Positions 9,697 to 20,194 of a DNA stretch of 64,000 bases are shown here, piece after piece. The translations under genes and the position numbers were made by a program. The notes beneath the pieces were generated by a model. That model made no database searches and was not told the DNA's origin. It saw only the letters and a list, made by a program, of their open reading frames with translations. Source of the DNA: an uncultured Actinomycetota bacterium (GTDB lineage Bacteria; Actinomycetota; Actinomycetes; Mycobacteriales; Mycobacteriaceae). Numbering within the stretch: the first letter of the stretch is position 1; each line of letters opens with the position of its first letter. The stretch covers positions 61,114-125,113 of the forward strand of contig CAWASA010000017.1 of NCBI GenBank assembly GCA_963784665.1, read 5' to 3'.

Positions 9697-10070
9697 ATCG
9701 TTCGGTGGCGGTTCGCAAGCTGTCCCGTCTGGCGATCCCAACCGCAGCAGCCGCCGGCGTACTCGCGTTCACCGGCCCGCCCCCTGCGCATGCTGACCCG
9801 GTCGCCTACCTCGTCAACGTGACGGTGCGCCCGGGCTACAACTTCCCCAGTGCCGACGCTGCTTTGGCTTACGGGTACCGCGTCTGCGACAAGGTGCGGG
9901 CCGGTGAGCCCTATGGACAGATCATGACCGAGGTCAAGAACGACTTCAACACCTCCGACGAGTATCAGGCCTCGTATCTGATCAGCCAGGCCGTCGGCGA
10001 ATTGTGCCCCGCCCAGATTTGGCAGTTACGGCAATCGGCCGCCGGGTATGTTCCACCCGCCAGGTCGTGA
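9693..10070 (+). CDS. Secreted DUF732 protein (Rv1974-like)
   Basis: AHA-DP signal cleavage site; YLVNVTVRPGYNF...VC...ELCP; ATGA coupling. Confidence 0.85.
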   Translation: MNRSVAVRKLSRLAIPTAAAAGVLAFTGPPPAHADPVAYLVNVTVRPGYNFPSADAALAYGYRVCDKVRAGEPYGQIMTEVKNDFNTSDEYQASYLISQAVGELCPAQIWQLRQSAAGYVPPARS

Positions 10071-10318
10071 GCGCAATGACGCCACCGGTAGAAACGCCGC
10101 GGCGCTTTGCCCGACGACGGATGTTAGCCATTCGGATGGCATTTCGCATGTCGACAGGAAGATTGCAATTGTGCTCTCGCGTGGCACACGCTTCAGGTAC
10201 GGTTTGCCGGCAAGCAACTTTGTGCTGAGGCACAGGTTCGCGATGACGATCGTCTTGCCCGTCTGCGGGAGGGGTTAGCAGTCGTGCCAGCCAAATCCAG
10301 GCGCGGAAGCAACTGATC

Positions 10319-11086
10319 GTGATTTCCCCTGAGTTCGTCACCAAACCTCTCCGTTCGCTAGGCGAGTTTTTCGCCATGTCACTGGACACCCTCATCGCGA
10401 TGTTCAAGCTGCCGTTTCCGTGGCGGGAGTTTCTGCTGCAGACCTGGTTCGTGGCGCGAGTGTCCCTCATCCCGACGCTGTTGCTGACGATCCCGTTCAC
10501 CGTCCTCGTCGTGTTCACCATGAACATCCTGCTGGTCGAGTTCGGGGCGGCCGACTTCTCCGGCACCGGCGCCGCGACCGCCTCGGTTACCCAGATCGGG
10601 CCGGTAGTGACCGTGCTCGTTGTTGCCGGCACCGGGGCGACCGCAATGTGCGCGGACCTGGGAGCCCGCGCCATCCACGACGAACTCGATGCGTTGCGGG
10701 TGATGGGTATCGATCCGGTTCGCCGACTGGCGGCGCCGCGGGTATTGGCGGCCACTGTCGTCGCGGTGTCGTTGGTGTCGCTGGTGACCCTCGTGGGCAT
10801 GGCGGGGTCCTTCTTCTTTTCCGTGTTCGTCCAGCACGTCACGCCGGGTGCCTTCGCTGCCGGTCTGACACTGCTCACGCACCTGCCAGATCTCATCCTG
10901 GGTTTGGTCAAAGGGGCGCTGTTCGGGATGGCTGCCGCTCTGATCGCCTGCTATAAGGGCATTTCCGTCGGAGGGGGCCCGCAGGGTGTCGGTAACGCCG
11001 TAAACGAAACAGTCGTGTACTCGTTCATTGCCTTGTTTCTGATCAACATCGTCGCGACGGCCGTCTACTACACGGGTCCGCAGTGA
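10319..11086 (+). CDS. yrbEA: Mce ABC permease YrbE-A (MlaE family)
   Basis: TQIGPVVTVLVVAG...CADLGARAIHDELDALRVMGIDP...GGPQGVGNAVNETVV. Confidence 0.93.
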   Translation: MISPEFVTKPLRSLGEFFAMSLDTLIAMFKLPFPWREFLLQTWFVARVSLIPTLLLTIPFTVLVVFTMNILLVEFGAADFSGTGAATASVTQIGPVVTVLVVAGTGATAMCADLGARAIHDELDALRVMGIDPVRRLAAPRVLAATVVAVSLVSLVTLVGMAGSFFFSVFVQHVTPGAFAAGLTLLTHLPDLILGLVKGALFGMAAALIACYKGISVGGGPQGVGNAVNETVVYSFIALFLINIVATAVYYTGPQ

Positions 11087-11940
11087 GCGGCGACAGCGCG
11101 GTACACCAGCGATTCGCGTGGCTGCTGCGCGCGGTGAGCGGCTTCGCGGCCGGCTGGAATCACGTTGGCGCGCAGGTGAAGTTCTACTCCACGACGCTCG
11201 CCGAGATGCGGACAGCCTTTGGTCGTTACGGGAAGGAGATCGTACGGTTGGTTGCCCAGATGAGCCTGGGCACCGGCGCGCTGGCGGTGATCGGCGGCAC
11301 CGTGGTGATAGTCGGCTTTCTCACCTTGTCGACTGGCGCCGTCATCGCGGTGCAGGGCTATAACCAATTGTCCGGCATTGGTGTAGAGGCGATGACGGGC
11401 TTTATCTCCGCCTACGTCAACGTGCGGATCATTTCTCCGGCGGTAGCCGGCGTCGGCCTGGCCGCCACTATCGGCGCCGGCGCTACCGCACAACTGGGCG
11501 CGATGCGAATCGCCGACGAGATCGATGCGCTTGAGGTGATGGCCGTCCGGTCCATCGCATACCTGGTCTCCACCAGGGTGGTGGCCGGAGTTGTTGTGGT
11601 AATTCCGCTGTACTGCGTGGCGGTGGTGTGTGCCTTCCAGGCAGCCCGGTTCGGCACGACCCAAATCTATGGGCAGTCCACCGGGGTGTACGACCACTAC
11701 TTCCGTACATTTCTTAACTCGACGGACCTGCTCTGGTCATTTTTCACAGTGATTACCGCCGCAGTCGCAATCATGCTGGTGCACACCTACTACGGCTACA
11801 ACGCCAAGGGCGGGCCCGCCGGAGTGGGCGAGGCGGTCGGTCACTCGGTACGCACCTCTCTCATCGTGTTGACGCTGATCGTGTTGGCGATCTCGCTGTC
11901 CGTGCACGGCCAGTCCGGCCATTTCAATCTCTCGGGGTAG
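11083..11940 (+). CDS. yrbEB: Mce ABC permease YrbE-B
   Basis: ATAQLGAMRIADEIDALEVM...GGPAGVGEAVG; GTGA overlap. Confidence 0.93.
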   Translation: MSGDSAVHQRFAWLLRAVSGFAAGWNHVGAQVKFYSTTLAEMRTAFGRYGKEIVRLVAQMSLGTGALAVIGGTVVIVGFLTLSTGAVIAVQGYNQLSGIGVEAMTGFISAYVNVRIISPAVAGVGLAATIGAGATAQLGAMRIADEIDALEVMAVRSIAYLVSTRVVAGVVVVIPLYCVAVVCAFQAARFGTTQIYGQSTGVYDHYFRTFLNSTDLLWSFFTVITAAVAIMLVHTYYGYNAKGGPAGVGEAVGHSVRTSLIVLTLIVLAISLSVHGQSGHFNLSG

Positions 11941-11944
11941 GGAT

Positions 11945-13396
11945 ATGTCGGAATCACGCTCAGCGGGAATGCATCCCGCATGGTGGACACTCATTCTGAT
12001 CATCGCCACCACCGGCACCATCGTGCTGACCTCTGTGCTGTTCTCCGGGTCGTTCAAATCGTATGTCGCGGTGACGGTGATATCTGACCGGGCGGGCCTG
12101 GTGATGGACCGCGGCGGCAAGGTCAAGATGCGGGGAGTGCAGGTGGGCCGGGTCAGCGAGATCACCACCGGCAAAAATCAGGTGAGCCTCAAGTTGGACA
12201 TCTACCCGGGTCAGATCAAATACATCCCTGCGAACGTGCGGGCCCGCATCAGGGCCACCACGTTGTTCAGCGCCAAATATGTCGACCTCGTCTACCCGAG
12301 CGACCCCACCCTGAAACGCTTGGCAGCCGGAGCGGTGATCGAGGTGGAGAACGTCGGCACCGAGGTCAACACCATGTTCGCCAACCTGGTCAAGGTGCTC
12401 AATGAAATTGACCCGGCCAAGCTACAAGGGGTGCTTTCCGCGCTGGCCGAGGGTCTGCGCGGGCACGGTGCAACCATCGGCCAAGGCATCACCGACGCCA
12501 ACCAGGTGCTGCTCGCAATCAATCCGCGCGCCGAAACTATCCGGGCGGACACGCAGGCGGTCAAAGGTTTCAGCGACACCTATGGCGTTGCCGCGCAAGA
12601 CATCCTGAAGGTGCTGGACGCGGCCAGTGTCACCAGCGCCACCATCACCAACGACTCACCGGCGCTGGACTCGCTGCTCGCCGGCGTCATCGGTCTCTCG
12701 CGCAGCGGTATCAATCTCGTCGGCCCCAACAAGGACAACATGATCAGGGCCGTGAACCTGCTCGATCCGACGACGAGCCTGCTGATGAAGTACAACCCCG
12801 AACTGACTTGCATGTTGGTCGGCGCCAAGACAGCACTGGATACGGGCTACCGGGACGCGACCGGCGGCGCCAACGGATACTCGCTGATCATCGACAGCAC
12901 CCCGCTCTTCGGCGCCGACCAATACCGGTATCCGCAGAATCTTCCGATCGTCGGCGCCAAGGGCGGGCCCGACGGTAAGCCTGGCTGCGGATCGCTGCCG
13001 GACGTCCTCGCGAATTGGCCGCTGCGCCAACTGATTACGAATACCGGCTGGGGCACGGGGCTCGATATCCGGCCCAACCCCGGAATCGCCTTCCCGGGAT
13101 ACGCCGACTACCTACCTGTCACCCGAGGGGCGCCCGAACCGCCCAGCATCCGTTATCCGGGCGGCCCCGCACCCGGACCGATCCCGTACCCAGGAGCGCC
13201 ACCCTACGGAGCTCCGCAATACGCACCGGACGGAACCCCGCTGTACCCCGGTCTGCCACCGGCGCCGCCGCCGGGCGCGCCACGCGGAACAGGGGCCCCG
13301 CCACCGGGATCCGAGCCGTTCGTGGTCCCAGCGCCGGCACAGCTGCAGCCTACCCCGGCTCCGCCGCCGCCCGCAGAAGCGACACCGTCGCCCTGA
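11945..13396 (+). CDS. mceA: MCE family protein A (mce3-like)
   Basis: SDRAGLVMD..GKVKMRGVQVGRV; Pro-rich tail. Confidence 0.92.
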   Translation: MSESRSAGMHPAWWTLILIIATTGTIVLTSVLFSGSFKSYVAVTVISDRAGLVMDRGGKVKMRGVQVGRVSEITTGKNQVSLKLDIYPGQIKYIPANVRARIRATTLFSAKYVDLVYPSDPTLKRLAAGAVIEVENVGTEVNTMFANLVKVLNEIDPAKLQGVLSALAEGLRGHGATIGQGITDANQVLLAINPRAETIRADTQAVKGFSDTYGVAAQDILKVLDAASVTSATITNDSPALDSLLAGVIGLSRSGINLVGPNKDNMIRAVNLLDPTTSLLMKYNPELTCMLVGAKTALDTGYRDATGGANGYSLIIDSTPLFGADQYRYPQNLPIVGAKGGPDGKPGCGSLPDVLANWPLRQLITNTGWGTGLDIRPNPGIAFPGYADYLPVTRGAPEPPSIRYPGGPAPGPIPYPGAPPYGAPQYAPDGTPLYPGLPPAPPPGAPRGTGAPPPGSEPFVVPAPAQLQPTPAPPPPAEATPSP

Positions 13397-13435
13397 CAAC
13401 CAGCCGTCGACACACGTAAGCCAAGAGGAGCCAGG

Positions 13436-14464
13436 ATGAGAGAGAACTTGCCAGGCGCCATCTGGCGCCTGGCCGTCTTCATGGTCGTATGCACGCTGGG
13501 GCTGATTGCTATGCTGGCGATCTTTGCCCAGTTGCGGTTCGGCGAAGAATCACCGTACAAGGCACGGTTCAGCAATGTGTCGGGGCTCGAGAGCGGCAAC
13601 TTCGTCCGCATCGCGGGGGTCGAGGTCGGTAAGGTCAAAAGGATCTCGATCCAGGACGACGGCACCGCGGTCGTCGAGTTCAGTGCCGACAACTCTGTGG
13701 TGTTGACCGAGGGCACCAAGGCGGTCGTCCGCTACCAAAACCTGATCGGCGGTCGCTATCTCGCGCTCGAAGAAGGTCCCGGTGGCCCCAGACAACTCAA
13801 GTCCGGCGACACCATTCCGCTGGTCCGGACATCGCCGGCGTTGGATTTGGACGCGCTGATCGGCGGGTTCCGGCCGTTGTTCCACGCGCTGGATCCCAAC
13901 CAGATCAACGCCTTGTCCAGTGAGTTGATCAAGGCTTTCCAGGGCGAGGGCGCAACGATCGGTTCTTTCTTAGCCCGCACCGCCGCGTTGACGAACACGC
14001 TAGCGGACCGGGATCAGTTGATCGGCCAGGTCATCGGCAACCTGAACACTGTGCTGGGTTCACTCGGTGACCAAAGCACCCAGTTCGCAAAAACCGTCGA
14101 TTCGTTGTCTCAATTGTTGGCAACCCTGGCTAACCGCAAGCGAGACATTAGCAATGGAATCGCCTACGCCAATGCGGCGGCCGGTTCGATCGCCGATCTG
14201 CTGGCGAAGGGGCGTCCGCCACTGACGAAAATCGTTGAGCAGACGGACCGGACAGCAGCCCTCATCCTGGCCGATCACGACTACTTCGATGATTATCTCA
14301 ACACGTTGCCGGACGCCTACCAGATGCTGAATCGGCAGGGTCTCTACGGCGATTTCTTCAGCTTTTACTTGTGTGACTTGCTCTTCAAGTTGAACGGCAA
14401 AGGTGGCCAACCTGTCTACGTCAAGGTGGTTGGCCAGCCCTCGGGGAGGTGCACGCCGCGATGA
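13436..14464 (+). CDS. mceB: MCE family protein B
   Basis: FSNVSGLESGNFVRIAGVEVGKV; LDLDALIGGFRPLF. Confidence 0.92.
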   Translation: MRENLPGAIWRLAVFMVVCTLGLIAMLAIFAQLRFGEESPYKARFSNVSGLESGNFVRIAGVEVGKVKRISIQDDGTAVVEFSADNSVVLTEGTKAVVRYQNLIGGRYLALEEGPGGPRQLKSGDTIPLVRTSPALDLDALIGGFRPLFHALDPNQINALSSELIKAFQGEGATIGSFLARTAALTNTLADRDQLIGQVIGNLNTVLGSLGDQSTQFAKTVDSLSQLLATLANRKRDISNGIAYANAAAGSIADLLAKGRPPLTKIVEQTDRTAALILADHDYFDDYLNTLPDAYQMLNRQGLYGDFFSFYLCDLLFKLNGKGGQPVYVKVVGQPSGRCTPR

Positions 14465-15774
14465 AGTACTTCTCCGAACGTAATCCACTCGTCGTCGGCG
14501 CGGTCGGTGTCGTGGTCGTCGCCGGGGCGGTGGCGGCCTCGCTTACCTATAGCAAGCTCCCGTTCTTCAAATCAGGTAAGGAGTACTCGGCATACTTCGC
14601 CGAGGCAGGCGGGCTGTTACCCGGTGGCGCCGTGCAGGTTTCGGGCCTCAAGGCGGGGACGGTGAACAGCATCGCGCTGGATGGACCTCGGGTGCTAGTC
14701 AAATTCGAGGTCGACAAACATATCCGGCTCGGCGAGCGTAGCGAGGCGTCGATCAAGACCAAGAGCCTGCTGGGCGCCAAAATCCTGGAAGTCGCGCCAC
14801 GCGGTGCCGGCAGGCTGTCCGCGCCGATTCCGCTAGAGCGCACGCACGCGCCCTACCAGCTGCCCGAGGCACTTGGTGATCTCGGTGCCGCTATCAGCGG
14901 ACTGGACACCAACCGGCTATCCGAATCATTGGCCGTGTTAGCGGACACGTTTTCCGACACCCCGGCCGATCTGAGGATTGCAATGGCCGGTGTCGCACGG
15001 TTCTCCCAGACACTCAGCGAGCGCGACGCGGCACTTCGAAACCTGTTGGCCAACGCCAACAAAGCAACGGGCGTGCTGTCGGAGCGCAGTGACCAGATAG
15101 TCCGCCTGGTTGCCGACAGCAACGCGCTGCTCGTTCAACTGCAAAGCCAAAGCCGAGCGCTGGACCAGGTCTCCGGCAACATCTCGGCGGTGAGCCGGCA
15201 GATCAAAGGACTAATCGCCGATAATCGGCAGACTCTCAAGCCGGCACTGGACAAGCTCAACGGGGTCTTGGCGATCGTCGACAACCGCAAAGAACGGGTG
15301 CAGCTGGCGATCAAGAAATTCAACGATTACGCGCTGTCGCTGGGTGAATCGATGTCCACGGGGCCATGGTTCACCTTCTACATCGCCAACCTGATCCCCG
15401 GTCAGTTCATCCAGCCCTTCGTCGACGCCGCGTTCTCCGATCTGGGTCTGGACCCCAATGTGTTGCTGCCCTCGCAGCTCACCGATCCGCAGGTCGGTCA
15501 GCCCGGTACACCCGCCCTGCCGGTGCCGTTCCCACGCACCGGGCAGGGCGGCGAGCCGAGGCTGAACCTGCCCGACGCGATCACCGGAAACCCGGGCGAT
15601 CCGCGCTATCCGTACCGCGAGCCGCCGCCGGCGCCTCCGCCGGGCGGCCCGCCGCCGGGACCGCCCCCGCCGGCGCCCGGTCAAACGGCCCTACCACCGG
15701 CGCCGCCGTCACCATCGCCGGTGTACGTGCCGGCACCGGGCGAACCGCCGGCCCCGCCGAAAGCGGGTCAATAA
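14461..15774 (+). CDS. mceC: MCE family protein C
   Basis: ERNPLVVG...YFAEAGGL...IKTKSLLG; Pro-rich tail. Confidence 0.92.
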   Translation: MKYFSERNPLVVGAVGVVVVAGAVAASLTYSKLPFFKSGKEYSAYFAEAGGLLPGGAVQVSGLKAGTVNSIALDGPRVLVKFEVDKHIRLGERSEASIKTKSLLGAKILEVAPRGAGRLSAPIPLERTHAPYQLPEALGDLGAAISGLDTNRLSESLAVLADTFSDTPADLRIAMAGVARFSQTLSERDAALRNLLANANKATGVLSERSDQIVRLVADSNALLVQLQSQSRALDQVSGNISAVSRQIKGLIADNRQTLKPALDKLNGVLAIVDNRKERVQLAIKKFNDYALSLGESMSTGPWFTFYIANLIPGQFIQPFVDAAFSDLGLDPNVLLPSQLTDPQVGQPGTPALPVPFPRTGQGGEPRLNLPDAITGNPGDPRYPYREPPPAPPPGGPPPGPPPPAPGQTALPPAPPSPSPVYVPAPGEPPAPPKAGQ

Positions 15775-15776
15775 TA

Positions 15777-17063
15777 ATGAACCGCCGCAACGCCCGCATC
15801 GGTCTGGCCGCCATACTGGTGCTCACCTTCATCGCCGGTGTCGCGGCGGTCTGGCACTCGTTCGCCGCGACCCGCACAACGACAGTCGTTGCCTACTTCA
15901 CAAATAGCAACGGCATTTTCGTCGGCGACGAAGTGCGAATCCTCGGGGTAGCAGTCGGCAAGATCGACAAGATCGAGCCGCAACCAAAGCGCGTCAAGAT
16001 CACCTTCTCCTACGACGGCAAATACCAAGTGCCCGCCGACGCCAAGGCCGTGATCCTGTCACCGTCGTTGGTCACGGCGCGAGCCATTCAGCTGACCCCG
16101 GCCTACACCGGTGGACCGCAGCTGTACAACGATGCGGTAATCCCGCAGGAGCGTACCGCGGTCCCGGTGGAGTGGGACGACTTACGTAAGGACCTGGAAA
16201 AGGTCACCCAAATGCTGCAGCCGACGCACGGCGGTGTCAGTCCCCTGGGATCGCTGGTGACCACCGCCGCGAATAACCTGCGCGGCCAGGGACCGACCGT
16301 CAGGGACACGATTATCAAGCTCTCTCAAGCGGTTTCCGCGCTCGGCGACCACAGCAACGATCTCTTCAGCGCCGTGAAGAACCTGTCGATCCTGGTTTCG
16401 GCGCTGCAGAGCAGCGGTGACCTGATGCGACAACTGAACCAGAACCTCGCCTCGGCGACCGGGCTGCTGAGCAATGACCCGAATGAAGTCGCCAACGCGG
16501 TCGCGGCCCTGGCCGATGTGGTCGGTGACGTCCGAAACTTCGTGGCCGACAACCGTGATGCGCTGGGCACGACGTCTGACAAGCTGGCGTCGGTGTCGAC
16601 GACGCTGAACAAAAGTCTCGATGACATCCAGCAGGCACTGCACATCGCTCCCACCGAGCTGCAGAACTTCTTGAACATCTATCAGCCCGCGCAGGGAACC
16701 GCGAGCGGTGCGCCGGCGTTCGCCAACTTCGCGAATCCCGTCGCCTTCCTGTGCGGGGCGATACAGGCGGCATCGCGCTTGGGTTGGAACCAGTCGGCGA
16801 AGTTGTGTGTTCAGTATCTGGCGCCGATCATCAAGAACCGTCAATACAACTTCCCGCCGCTGGGGGAGAACCTGGTGGTCGGTGCGGTGGCGCGGCCGAA
16901 CGAGGTGACCTACAGCGAGGACTGGATGCGGCCGGATTACATTCCGCCGCCGGCAAACGCGCCTGCGCCCCTTGGCTTTCCGCCGTTGTCGGCCGAAGTT
17001 CATCCGACCAATCCCGCAGACGGCCTGCGCGGGCTGATGCTCCCCGACGGGGGTGGCTCATGA
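15777..17063 (+). CDS. mceD: MCE family protein D
   Basis: NSNGIFVGDEVRILGVAVGKI...TAVPVEWD...CVQYLAP. Confidence 0.92.
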   Translation: MNRRNARIGLAAILVLTFIAGVAAVWHSFAATRTTTVVAYFTNSNGIFVGDEVRILGVAVGKIDKIEPQPKRVKITFSYDGKYQVPADAKAVILSPSLVTARAIQLTPAYTGGPQLYNDAVIPQERTAVPVEWDDLRKDLEKVTQMLQPTHGGVSPLGSLVTTAANNLRGQGPTVRDTIIKLSQAVSALGDHSNDLFSAVKNLSILVSALQSSGDLMRQLNQNLASATGLLSNDPNEVANAVAALADVVGDVRNFVADNRDALGTTSDKLASVSTTLNKSLDDIQQALHIAPTELQNFLNIYQPAQGTASGAPAFANFANPVAFLCGAIQAASRLGWNQSAKLCVQYLAPIIKNRQYNFPPLGENLVVGAVARPNEVTYSEDWMRPDYIPPPANAPAPLGFPPLSAEVHPTNPADGLRGLMLPDGGGS

Positions 17064-18211
17064 CCAGCGGACGGTGGCGCCCGCTTTGGTGTCGCGGCGC
17101 GGTGAGCTTGCTGGCGGCGTTGGTGATGGTCGGGCTCGCCGGCTGTGGTTGGCGAGGTCTCAACTCAATAGCGTTGCCCGGAACTGCCGGTCGCAGCCCC
17201 GGCTCATTCATGATTCGCGCGCAACTGCCTGACGTGGGCACCCTGGAGCAGAACTCCCGCGTGCAGGTCGGCGACGTTACGGTAGGCAACGTCACCAAGA
17301 TCGAGCGGCAAGGCTGGCATGCCCTGCTGACCATCAGACTCGACGGCGACGTCGACCTGCCGGCCAACGCGAATGCGACGATCGGCCAAACCAGCCTGCT
17401 GGGTTCGCTGCATATCGAACTGGCCCCGCCCACCGACGTCCCACCCAGGGGCAAGTTGAAGGAGGGATCGCTGATCCCCCTGTCCTCTGCCGGCAGCTAC
17501 CCGACGACGGAGCAGACGCTCGCGGCAATATCGTTGCTACTCAACGGCGGTGGAATCGGGCAGATTCAGGACATCACAGAGTCATTGAGCACCGCATTGG
17601 CTGGGCGTGCCGATGACCTACGCAGCCTGATCGAACAGCTGGACACGTTCACCGGCCATGTCAGTGACCAGACCGGTGACATCATCGCCGCGACCGACAG
17701 CCTCAACAACTTGGTCGGCCAGTTCGCGAACCAGAAGCCGATAGTGGACAGGGCCCTGACGACCATCCCCGACGCGCTTCGCACCCTGGCGGACGAGCGG
17801 CAGACGCTGGTGGACGCGCTCGATCAGTTCGGCAAGTTCAGCGCGCTGGTTGCGGACTCCGCCAACCAGACAAAAGACACCTTGGTTAAGGAGCTCAACG
17901 ATCTGGCGCCCGTCCTGGAATCGTTGGCCAACGCCGGTCCCGCCCTGACCCGCTCATTGAGCTTGCTTCCCACCTATCCGTTTCCTAAAGAGACCATCAG
18001 CAAGTGGGCCCGCGGGGACTACGCCAACCTGACCGCCATCATCGACTTGACGCTGAGTCGACTCGACGCGTCCTTCCTCACCGGCACTCGGTTTGAGGGC
18101 AATCTGACGGAGCTGGAACTGCAGTGGGGCCGCACGATCGGCCAAATGCCGAGTCCGTACACCGCCGGCAATCCGCTGATCGCCCCGTATCACTGGGACC
18201 AGGGGCATTGA
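17060..18211 (+). CDS. mceE: MCE family lipoprotein E (LprM-like)
   Basis: Lipobox LAGC followed by GWRGLNSIALPG; GQTSLLGS. Confidence 0.92.
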   Translation: MTSGRWRPLWCRGAVSLLAALVMVGLAGCGWRGLNSIALPGTAGRSPGSFMIRAQLPDVGTLEQNSRVQVGDVTVGNVTKIERQGWHALLTIRLDGDVDLPANANATIGQTSLLGSLHIELAPPTDVPPRGKLKEGSLIPLSSAGSYPTTEQTLAAISLLLNGGGIGQIQDITESLSTALAGRADDLRSLIEQLDTFTGHVSDQTGDIIAATDSLNNLVGQFANQKPIVDRALTTIPDALRTLADERQTLVDALDQFGKFSALVADSANQTKDTLVKELNDLAPVLESLANAGPALTRSLSLLPTYPFPKETISKWARGDYANLTAIIDLTLSRLDASFLTGTRFEGNLTELELQWGRTIGQMPSPYTAGNPLIAPYHWDQGH

Positions 18212-18212
18212 C

Positions 18213-19667
18213 GTGCCGCCGTTGTCGAGGCGAGTCCTCATCCAATTGGCAATCTTTGTGATTGTCGCGCTGGTCGGCGGCGCAGTGATGGTGTTCGGCT
18301 ACATCCAGCTACCGGCCATGTTCGGGATCGGGCGCTACCGGGTTACCGTCGAGTTGCCGCAAGCCGCGGGCCTGTATCCCAGCGGCAACGTCACGTATCG
18401 CGGAACCGAAGTCGGGCGGGTCGACAGCGTGCGTCTCACCGACACCGGAGTCGCGGCGGTGCTTTCGCTGAAGTCGGGCATCGATATCCCGTCGGATCTC
18501 GATGCCCAGGTGCACAGCCAGTCGGCGGTGGGCGAACAGTACGTTGCTCTGCTGCCGCGCAGGGATTCGCCGCCGCTGAAGGACGGGGATGTGATCCGGG
18601 CGGATCGCGTGTCGGTGCCGCCCGATCTCGACACCATGCTGGACGCGGCGAACAAGGGCATGGAGTCGATCCCGCGCGAGGACCTCAAGACCGCGGTCGA
18701 CGAGGCGTACACCGCCGTCGGCGGACTCGGGCCGGACATCTCCCGGCTCGTAACCGGTGGCAGCTCCCTGTCGACCGACGCCCGCAAGAATCTCGGTGCG
18801 CTGCTCACCTTGATCGACCAGTCCAAGCCGGTCCTGGATACGCAAACCGATTCGCCGGATGCGGTACGGGCGTGGGCCGCGCATCTGGCCGACATCACCC
18901 GGGGGCTGCGGAGAAACGACACCGCTGTTCATGGACTGTTACAACAAGGGGGTAGCGCCGCCGGGGAAGTTCGTCAGCTGTTCGATCGGCTGATCCCCAC
19001 GCTGCCGGTGATGCTCGCCAACTTGATCGGCGTCGGGCAAGTTGCGGTGACCTATCACTCCGGCATCGAGCAGCTTTTGGTGCTGCTTCCCCAGGCGGTG
19101 GCAACCGTTCAGGCGATCGATGTCCCGAACAGGAACACCAAGCAAAGTTATAAGGGCGTCTTCCTCAGCTTCAACCTGCGACTCAACCTGCCACCGCCGT
19201 GTCTCACCGGCTTCCTGCCGCCCCAGCAGCAGCGGGTGCCTTCCTGGGAGGACTACCCGGATCGACCTGCGGGGGACCTGTACTGTCGGGTGCCACAGGA
19301 CTCGCCGCAAAACGTCCGCGGCGTCCGCAATATCCCGTGCGTGGACCACCCCGGCAAACGCGCTCCGACGGCCAAAATGTGTGACAGCGACGAGAGCTAC
19401 GTTCCGCTCAACGGCGGCTTCAACTGGAAAGGTGACCCGAACGCCACCCTGTCGGGTCAGCCCGTCCCGCAGCTGCCGCCGGGCACACCGCCGGCACCCA
19501 GAGCACCTGCACCGGTTCCCGAACCGCTTCCGATAGCGGCCGCCGAGTACGACCCCGCGACCGGTACTTACGTTGGCCCGGACGGACATGTGTACACGCA
19601 ATCCGACTTGGGCACGGCTGGCGGAAAGGAGCGCACATGGCAGACGATGCTGCTGCCGCCGAATTGA
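18213..19667 (+). CDS. mceF: MCE family protein F
   Basis: GLYPSGNVTYRG...HSQSAVGEQY...YCRVPQDS...WQTMLLPP. Confidence 0.92.
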   Translation: MPPLSRRVLIQLAIFVIVALVGGAVMVFGYIQLPAMFGIGRYRVTVELPQAAGLYPSGNVTYRGTEVGRVDSVRLTDTGVAAVLSLKSGIDIPSDLDAQVHSQSAVGEQYVALLPRRDSPPLKDGDVIRADRVSVPPDLDTMLDAANKGMESIPREDLKTAVDEAYTAVGGLGPDISRLVTGGSSLSTDARKNLGALLTLIDQSKPVLDTQTDSPDAVRAWAAHLADITRGLRRNDTAVHGLLQQGGSAAGEVRQLFDRLIPTLPVMLANLIGVGQVAVTYHSGIEQLLVLLPQAVATVQAIDVPNRNTKQSYKGVFLSFNLRLNLPPPCLTGFLPPQQQRVPSWEDYPDRPAGDLYCRVPQDSPQNVRGVRNIPCVDHPGKRAPTAKMCDSDESYVPLNGGFNWKGDPNATLSGQPVPQLPPGTPPAPRAPAPVPEPLPIAAAEYDPATGTYVGPDGHVYTQSDLGTAGGKERTWQTMLLPPN

Positions 19668-20194
19668 GCGAGTCGCACCGCGACGCTGGAGACGAAACGC
19701 TGCCCAGACGGCACGCCGCGAATCGGCTGGCGCTGGTCATCGGACTCGTGTTCGTGGTTGCGTTGACCGGCCTGGTCGGCTGGACGGGATTTCGCGCCTA
19801 CCAGGCGCACCAAGCCCAAGAGCAGCGCAAGCTCTTTCTGCAGACCGGTCGCCAAGGAGCGCTGAACCTCACGACGATCGATTTCCGCGAAGCCGACGCC
19901 GACGTGCAACGCATCTTGGACGGCGCGACCGGCCAGCTTTACGACAACTTTTCCAAGCGTTCGCAGCCGTTCATCGACGTGGTGTTGCGGACCCAGTCGA
20001 AGTCCGTTGGAACGGTGACGGAAGCGGCTGTCGAATCCGAATCCGGTGAGCAGGCGCAAGTTTTGGTTGCGGTGACCGTCAACACCTCGAATGCCGGTGC
20101 AGCCCAACAGGAGCCGCACGCCTGGCGGATGCGGCTCTTAGTGCAGAAGGTGGGCGGCGTGGCAAAGGTATCGAACGTGGAGTTCGTGCCATGA
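19637..20194 (+). CDS. Mce-associated membrane protein
   Basis: One TM helix; GALNLTTID...DVQRILDGATG...KVSNVEFVP. Confidence 0.88.
   Translation: MADDAAAAELSESHRDAGDETLPRRHAANRLALVIGLVFVVALTGLVGWTGFRAYQAHQAQEQRKLFLQTGRQGALNLTTIDFREADADVQRILDGATGQLYDNFSKRSQPFIDVVLRTQSKSVGTVTEAAVESESGEQAQVLVAVTVNTSNAGAAQQEPHAWRMRLLVQKVGGVAKVSNVEFVP

Noticed and set aside
13100-15774. GC-rich quasi-repeats at the 3' ends of mceA and mceC
   Set aside because: Ordinary Pro-rich Mce tails, not CRISPR or a mobile repeat
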